64,000 nt of DNA, taken from NCBI GenBank assembly GCA_012295275.1, contig CM022673.1, positions 9,982,001 to 10,046,000 on the forward strand, given 5' to 3'. The number at the start of each line of letters is the position of its first letter. Position 1 is the first letter of the stretch. The translations under genes were made by a program, and so were the position numbers. Positions 57,691-64,000 of this stretch are shown piece after piece. Origin of the DNA: Chrysomallon squamiferum. Taxonomy: Eukaryota; Animalia; Mollusca. The notes below the pieces were generated by a model. It saw nothing but the letters and a program-made list of their open reading frames with translations. It was not told where the DNA came from and did not search any database.

Positions 57691-57882
57691 GTACTCATTT
57701 ATTAAAAAACATATTTTTTAAAATAGAATGTGGTTCTTAATCATAGTTTTGTGATACATAAAGAACTGAATATGTATGTATCGATATATCTATATATATA
57801 TATATATATATACAGATATGGATATATAGAGATATAGTGATACATACATACATACATACATACATACACACAAACTCATACA

Positions 57883-57918
<36 letters not shown>

Positions 57919-58157
57919 CATACACACACAAACACACATATATATATGTAGAAATAGATATAGATATTGATAGATAGATAGACAAATGTGTGTGTGTATT
58001 ACAAAAATATATCGAGAAATATATAAAACGTTTTTCAAAAAAGAAATTGCTGTGCTTATTGGCCAATATATAACAACCAAAAAATTATATTTAAATTAAT
58101 TAAGTAATATCAAATCTTTTCTGATATTTTCTGAATTTATAATATTATGTATTACAG

Positions 58158-58247
58158 CTTCTGTATGCACACTGCCCAATGTACTACAAACTTTACAAAG
58201 AGATATTGTCATCGGATTTGGCCAAAAAGATTGAACATGAAAATAAG
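58158..58247 (+). CDS. ACP2: Acid phosphatase exon 5
   Basis: ttacag|LLYAHCPMYYKLYKEILSSDLAKKIEHENK|gtaaga. Confidence 0.9.
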
Positions 58248-58481
58248 GTAAGATATTTAATGCTATTTTTAAATTTTATTTATTTTTATCACATTATTTA
58301 TTTTTAGTAGTATGATTGATACATATTGATTGTTGATAATTTTGTTATTGTTTTTTTTTTAATTTTTTTTTTTTAACTTGTTTATGAGGTGTAATATTCT
58401 TTAATTTTGTATGTTTTAACAACAATGTTGATTTATTTATGTAGTTACGTTTTAGATTTTTTTTTTTTTTTGTTGTTTGTG

Positions 58482-58512
<31 letters not shown>

Positions 58513-58558
58513 TTCTTTCTTTATTTATTTAACTGTTTTGTTTCTTTATTTCTAACAG

Positions 58559-58645
58559 GATTTAATAGAATACATGGCCTACCATTCTGGGATGGATCCA
58601 ACATTGAAAGCCTTACTGGAAATAACAAATCCAGTATTCTGTGAG
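58559..58645 (+). CDS. ACP2: Acid phosphatase exon 6
   Basis: ctaacag|DLIEYMAYHSGMDPTLKALLEITNPVFCE|gtaaat. Confidence 0.9.
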
Positions 58646-58814
58646 GTAAATATATTGAATCAAATAAATATCAACAGCTTTTTCTAACATCTCATCCCCC
58701 TTTGTTTGTTTTTTCATATCAAAATGTCTTGAAGTATCATTAAATGCACACAAACACTGACACACATACACACTCACATTCATATATGTATCTGTATGTA
58801 TGCGTTTGTGTGTG

Positions 58815-58856
<42 letters not shown>

Positions 58857-58974
58857 TTAACATGGCACTTACACCATATTTGTTTTTATCTCTGATATAT
58901 TAAATCATTATTAATGAAACTTCTGTCTGGACCTTTTTGGGAAAATAACCAGTTTCTGCCACTTGTCACTTTAG

Positions 58975-59101
58975 AAAGAACATGACAAGGAATTTCCTGC
59001 TTGGCTGAAGGAGGACGACACTCTAAAAAAAATCCTGGTTTTCTACGATGTTAAATCAGATCTGAAAGCAAACACAACTGCTTTGATTAGAGTTAAAGTG
59101 G
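58975..59101 (+). CDS. ACP2: Acid phosphatase exon 7
   Basis: ctttag|KEHDKEFPAWLKEDDTLKKILVFYDVKSDLKANTTALIRVKV G|gtaagt. Confidence 0.9.
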
Positions 59102-59466
59102 GTAAGTAGTTTTGGCAATAATATTAAATTCCATTCCTGTGATTTGCCTTCCATTCAGTCCCTCACCACTGGTATACTTTCTATTAATTATGCATCTGGG
59201 GTTTTTTTTCTGCAGAATTACCTAGTGTGTGCATGTATTTATGTATGTATATTCTAATTTCTGTGTACATCTATATATATACAGATAAAGATAAATAATT
59301 AAATGCATATACAAATTTAGATACACATACATATACACATACACACACACATATACATATGCAGACAGACAGATAGACAGATAGACAGACAGATAGACAG
59401 ACAAACAGACTGAAACAAACCTATATACATACATATACAGTGTATATATAAGTTTATTTATTTCAG

Positions 59467-59552
59467 GTGCTCTGCTGGGAGAAATAGTGAAGCATATTAA
59501 TGACTGGGTGGAGTTCAGAAATGTCACCCAGAAACTGTTTATGTACTCAGGG
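59467..59552 (+). CDS. ACP2: Acid phosphatase exon 8
   Basis: tttcag|(G)ALLGEIVKHINDWVEFRNVTQKLFMYSG|gtagct. Confidence 0.92.
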
Positions 59553-60216
59553 GTAGCTAACTTTCAATTCTTTGTACAACTTGTGTCACAGTTTTAGTAT
59601 CAATATTAAAATAAAGTATTTGCAAAGAATTCTAGATGACATAAAACTTAATTTTAGTTTTCACTATCAAAATAAAAATGAAGTATGGTCAAATCAATCA
59701 AGACGATAAAACTTTAATTTAATTTTTGGTTTTTCATTATGAAATACAGATAAACCAGTCGAGATTAACAGAAATTTTATTCTGAAATTTAAAATGAAGA
59801 TTTAACTTCTTCATTACTTTTCACGACCACTACAACAGATTTCTTTTTGACTTTCTCTGTGGTGAGTTATAAAAAAAAATGTCTTATATCAGGTAGGCCA
59901 AATAAAAAATAAATAATAAATTAATAAAACAAAATTTAAAAACCCACTGAATTTTAACATCTTATTTCTCAAATACCACATTTTGAAACCTTCTACAAAA
60001 CTTTTATGATTAAAGAAACGGACAGTATCAATTATTTGTCTATATTTTAGTTTACTATGTAGTAGTATATTCATAAAGCCAAAATCAAAATTAGATATAC
60101 AACAGTAGAATGTCAGGGTATGCATTATTTCTATTGTATTTCATGTTTGTCATTTTTAAAAATAACTATTAATTAATTGTTAATAATATATATATATATC
60201 AAAACATTTTTTTTAG

Positions 60217-60391
60217 CATGACACAAATATAGCAGGGATTTTGAAAGGATTACATGTGTATGACAATCGTCATCCATACTACTGCAGTTGTATCATGTTT
60301 GAGTTGCATGAAATAGAAGAAAATGATTTTGCCATCAAGTTGTTTTATCGTAAAACACCCAATTCAAAGCCAGTCCAGCTCCACATTCCAG
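60217..60391 (+). CDS. ACP2: Acid phosphatase exon 9 (catalytic HD)
   Basis: ttttag|HDTNIAGILKGLHVYDNRHPYYCSCIMFELHE...LHIP G|gttttc; completes YSGHDT. Confidence 0.95.
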
Positions 60392-60752
60392 GTTTTCCAC
60401 TTTTACTTAACTTCACTAAATTATCTGTAAAAATGTGGGTTTTTAAAAAAAAAAAATTTACAATGCTGCTATGTTAGGAAATATTTAAATTAGTATATTT
60501 TGTTGTTTCTATTGTTTTATTATTATTTTAAAGATATTGTCATTTTGTTGTTATTATTATTATTTTTTAAATATTGTTTTGTATTTGTTATAATTATATT
60601 GTTATCATTATTATTATCATCATCATCATCATGATTTTCATTTTCTCTTTTCTGTTTTAGAAGAAAATATCATATTTATCCATTATTCTTGTATTATTGG
60701 TTTTTAAATTTATTTTTATTATTATTATTTTTATTATTATCATTATTATTAG

Positions 60753-60872
60753 GCTGTATATCTATGACATGTTCTGTTGGAGAGTTTATTGCTATCCTGG
60801 AAGAGCTGGTCCCAGACGACCCTAAATATGAATGTTTTGGAAAACCTGGTCTGTTAGATTCAGTTTCCAAAG
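60753..60872 (+). CDS. ACP2: Acid phosphatase exon 10
   Basis: attag|(G)CISMTCSVGEFIAILEELVPDDPKYECFGKPGLLDSVSK G|gtaagc. Confidence 0.92.
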
Positions 60873-60939
60873 GTAAGCTACTGATAGTTTTCATTTTTCT
60901 ATAGCTCTTTTTTATATTTATATTTAATATTTTTTTAAA

Positions 60940-61151
60940 CCCTTAGAATTGAATAGTCTCTGTAGCAGCACACCGTAACAGTAAATTGAATGGATGCTGA
61001 AAAGGTCAGCCAGGGATGTCAGAATTTCCTTTCATTTATTTTAACTAACAGATTTACAAACTGAATAAACCTGTGCAGAACTCTGTGTATTCTGATACCT
61101 TGGACCCAGGGTTGGTCAGTTTGTCATACTATAATGTTCTAATTTAAAGGG
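60940..61151. mobile_element. Possible piggyBac-type non-autonomous element
   Basis: Starts ttaaa|ccctta and ends taaaggg|ttaa: CCCT/AGGG termini with TTAA-like flanks. The interior is more complex than the surrounding intron. Confidence 0.4.
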
Positions 61152-61428
61152 TTAAGCAACACTGGGGAGTGTTTAAGAGAAAACACACTCACAGAGTTTT
61201 AAATGTTGTTTCCTAAGGCAGGTAACTCTGTTTATGTAATGATTATTAGATCCATGGATTGTTGGGTTTTATCATATCTAGAAAGATAACTCTTAAATGA
61301 AAGAATATTTACAAAAATAAACGCAGTCCTGTAGGTAATCATCTTGTGAAGGTCTTTTGTGGAACTTGCCATTAAGGAGGATTGATCTAGTGAACTTTGA
61401 TGCTCAGGCATCCCTCGAGTTCATGCTC

Positions 61429-61470
<42 letters not shown>

Positions 61471-61670
61471 TCAGTTTTGTACATGCAAATAAACATGTAT
61501 ATATAAACATATAAAGATGCTTCTGTTTTGTTTATATTTCATTATAATCTTCAGTATTCAAAAACAGCACAAAACTAAATAATTAATGAAATAATCCACA
61601 GTCAGTATATTTCAGTACCTGCATGATAGATTCCAATAACAAACTTGAGTTTATTTGTTTATTTTAACAG

Positions 61671-61702
61671 TATCTTCATGGCTGCATTGTGGGTTGTGGT
61701 AA
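61671..61702 (+). CDS. Candidate alternative 34-nt cassette exon (61671-61704) of the acid phosphatase, containing a stop codon
   Basis: Acceptor ttatttgtttattttaacag; phase-1 reading (V)SSWLHCGLW*; donor TG|gtatgt at 61705. Confidence 0.5.
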
Positions 61703-62019
61703 TGGTATGTCAAACAGAATTATACTGCATGATGTAATCTGTGTTAACTTCTTACACAGCATGAATTGTCTTGTGTTCATTTTCATATTATTACATTCAA
61801 TAATTTAGCATGACATTTTAATTTTTATTTATTATTATTTTTTGTCATTGTTTGTTTATATATATGGTTTGTTTTTGTTTGTTTTTCATTTGCTTTTATT
61901 TTTTTTGTTTTCCTTTTAGATATAGATATATTAAAAGTACTAATAATATTTAAAAAAAAAAAAAAAATATTGATTTGATTTGATTTGATTTTATTAAATT
62001 TATTTTATTTTATTTACAG

Positions 62020-62153
62020 ACAAAACAGTGATGATAGTGGCTTTTATCAGTCTTGGAATGTTGATGTTTCTGATAGTAGTAACCATGGCAACTCGACACT
62101 TCTTAAAAAAGAAACAGCTCTATGGCTACAGATTAATAAAATCAAGAGTGTAG
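62020..62153 (+). CDS. ACP2: Acid phosphatase last exon (TM helix plus GYxxPhi sorting motif)
   Basis: tttacag|(D)KTVMIVAFISLGMLMFLIVVTMATRHFLKKKQLYGYRLIKSRV*; spliced total is 414 aa. Confidence 0.9.
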
Positions 62154-62454
62154 ATTGTTTTCTTAATTTCCGTATCTATGCATTTTCTCATGCATATCAT
62201 TTATTATAAAATTTTTAATATTTATTTTATTATTACTAATTTTTTATAACATTTTATTTTAAATTTGGAGATATTTCTTATAACTTTAATATCTTAGTAA
62301 ACATTTTTTATTAATAATCAGAACTTGTGTATGAGAAAATAACTGATAATTTAAATTATAATTTAGATGTAACAAAAATTCTAAAGAAATAGAATTAGAT
62401 TAATAATACATTGATACCATTTATGATATATATGTATGTGTATGTGTGTGTGTG

Positions 62455-62488
<34 letters not shown>

Positions 62489-64000
62489 AGATTTCACAAG
62501 AATCTTTACACAAGACTATTATCCTACAATAATTCTGATACAAAAGTATGCTGCATAATTACTCTTAAGAAACCCTTGTGCATTTTTTGTTAAATATGAA
62601 CATGATAAATAGCCATAATTGTTTTTAAATATGCATAAATTATAAATATTTATAAGTTTACTGTCATGGACATGATATTAATTTTGAATTTTTTGTTTGT
62701 TTTTTTTTTCTCATTGATAAAATCTTTGTTGAAAGAAATTTATCATTTTCTTTAAAAAAAAAAAAACACAAACATAAATATATATATGTAAATTTAAGTG
62801 CCTTATACTTATATATTTTTGGCAATCAGTAATAGACTTCTTTTATATATATATATATATATATTTTTATATATTTTATTATTATATCATTATATGCCAC
62901 ATTTTTTACATGTTTAACAAAGATTACAGGAGTAGCTCAATAATGTAACCTTTTTAAATCAAAATATGTCTACTGCAGATATTGGTTATGTTTTTGTTTT
63001 TATTTTTTTATTACTGTTGAAAATTTTAAACATATATACATTTAATATTTCCTGGTAATACTTACTCCTTTTCTTTTTTGATTTGGGAATTTATGTTATT
63101 ATATTAACATATATTTTGAAGATGTTTTGTTATATTTATTTTTATAAATATTCTTATTTCCACTGTATGTGAATGTATATGTTTGAACGAAGTGTATTTT
63201 ATGCATTTCTTCAACAGTTAAAATAATTACTTATAAAACTGTATTTGTATGTGTGTGTGTATATGTGTGTATACTTGCATGTATATCTATGTATATTTCT
63301 ACATGTTTATATATATGTGTGTGTGTGTGTGTCTGTATGTTTCTCACCACACTCATCCATGTATTGTGTAGATATTAATACTCCATGATTGGCTCTCATA
63401 AATGATTATATTTATGAAATTGTGATTCTTTCATTATTAGATTAACGAGTCCATTTCAGTAATATAGCAGTCTTATTAATCTAACAATTCATGTATAATA
63501 ATACCAGTACAGGAAAAACAATACTAAAACAATAAACCAAATAAAATAACATACAATGATTGTGATTATTAACCCTTATATATGCCAGTCTTGAAATATT
63601 AGACTTAAAGGTTTACATATCTATATTGTATTTTAATTTTAAATTCATGTCTTTTCTTTTTTTTCTTATAATTTGAATAATATATCTGCACCATAATTTT
63701 TATATATATATATATATTTGGGTTTTAATTTTGAATTTATTCAGTATATTATTTTCTTAATTTATATTAAAATATTCTTTATAGAAAACATTTTTTTATG
63801 AATCTATAATATTATAATGAAAAGAAAGTTATTCCATTGTGATGTTTTAATTTTAAATTTATGTCAATATTTTATTATTTTTCTTCCAGTATATGAAGAT
63901 ATTTTTTATACTAAATATTTACATAAACATTTTATGATGAACAAAGGTATTTTAAATTTAAGTAAGTATTTTATATAGTGTGTATTAACATATCAGTGAT

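Noticed and set aside
61985-62209. ORF-track frame over the phosphatase last exon
   Set aside because: Wrong frame; the phase-1 frame from 62020 gives the TM helix and GYRLI motif.

Overview
AT-rich, microsatellite-dense eukaryotic (animal) genomic DNA with spliced GT-AG genes. The repeat load and a SINE-like fragment look molluscan, possibly cephalopod, but that is inference. I assembled three genes by hand with consistent intron phases. (1) A + strand three-exon Ly6/uPAR three-finger (quiver/sleepless-like) gene, 362-25789, 149 aa, with an 18.6 kb first intron. (2) A - strand cyclic-nucleotide-binding-domain gene (CNBD2-like), 52386-38585, 11 coding exons, about 1070 aa; its first coding exon has internal RAKTA repeats and a 1-nt frameshift. 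(3) A + strand lysosomal/prostatic-type histidine acid phosphatase gene, 55184-62153, 11 exons, 414 aa, head-to-head with the CNBD gene. Almost all other ORFs in the track are microsatellite artefacts. There is no CRISPR, rRNA or intact transposase. The most unusual signals are: tandem 80-bp decoy copies of an acid phosphatase splice acceptor; a 34-nt stop-containing cassette exon that would remove the phosphatase membrane anchor; an inverted copy of a CNBD exon start inside the Ly6 intron that could act as a poison exon; the CNBD frameshift; a perfect 32-bp inverted repeat between the divergent genes; and CpG depletion over the phosphatase gene body. I found no clearly new multi-gene system.
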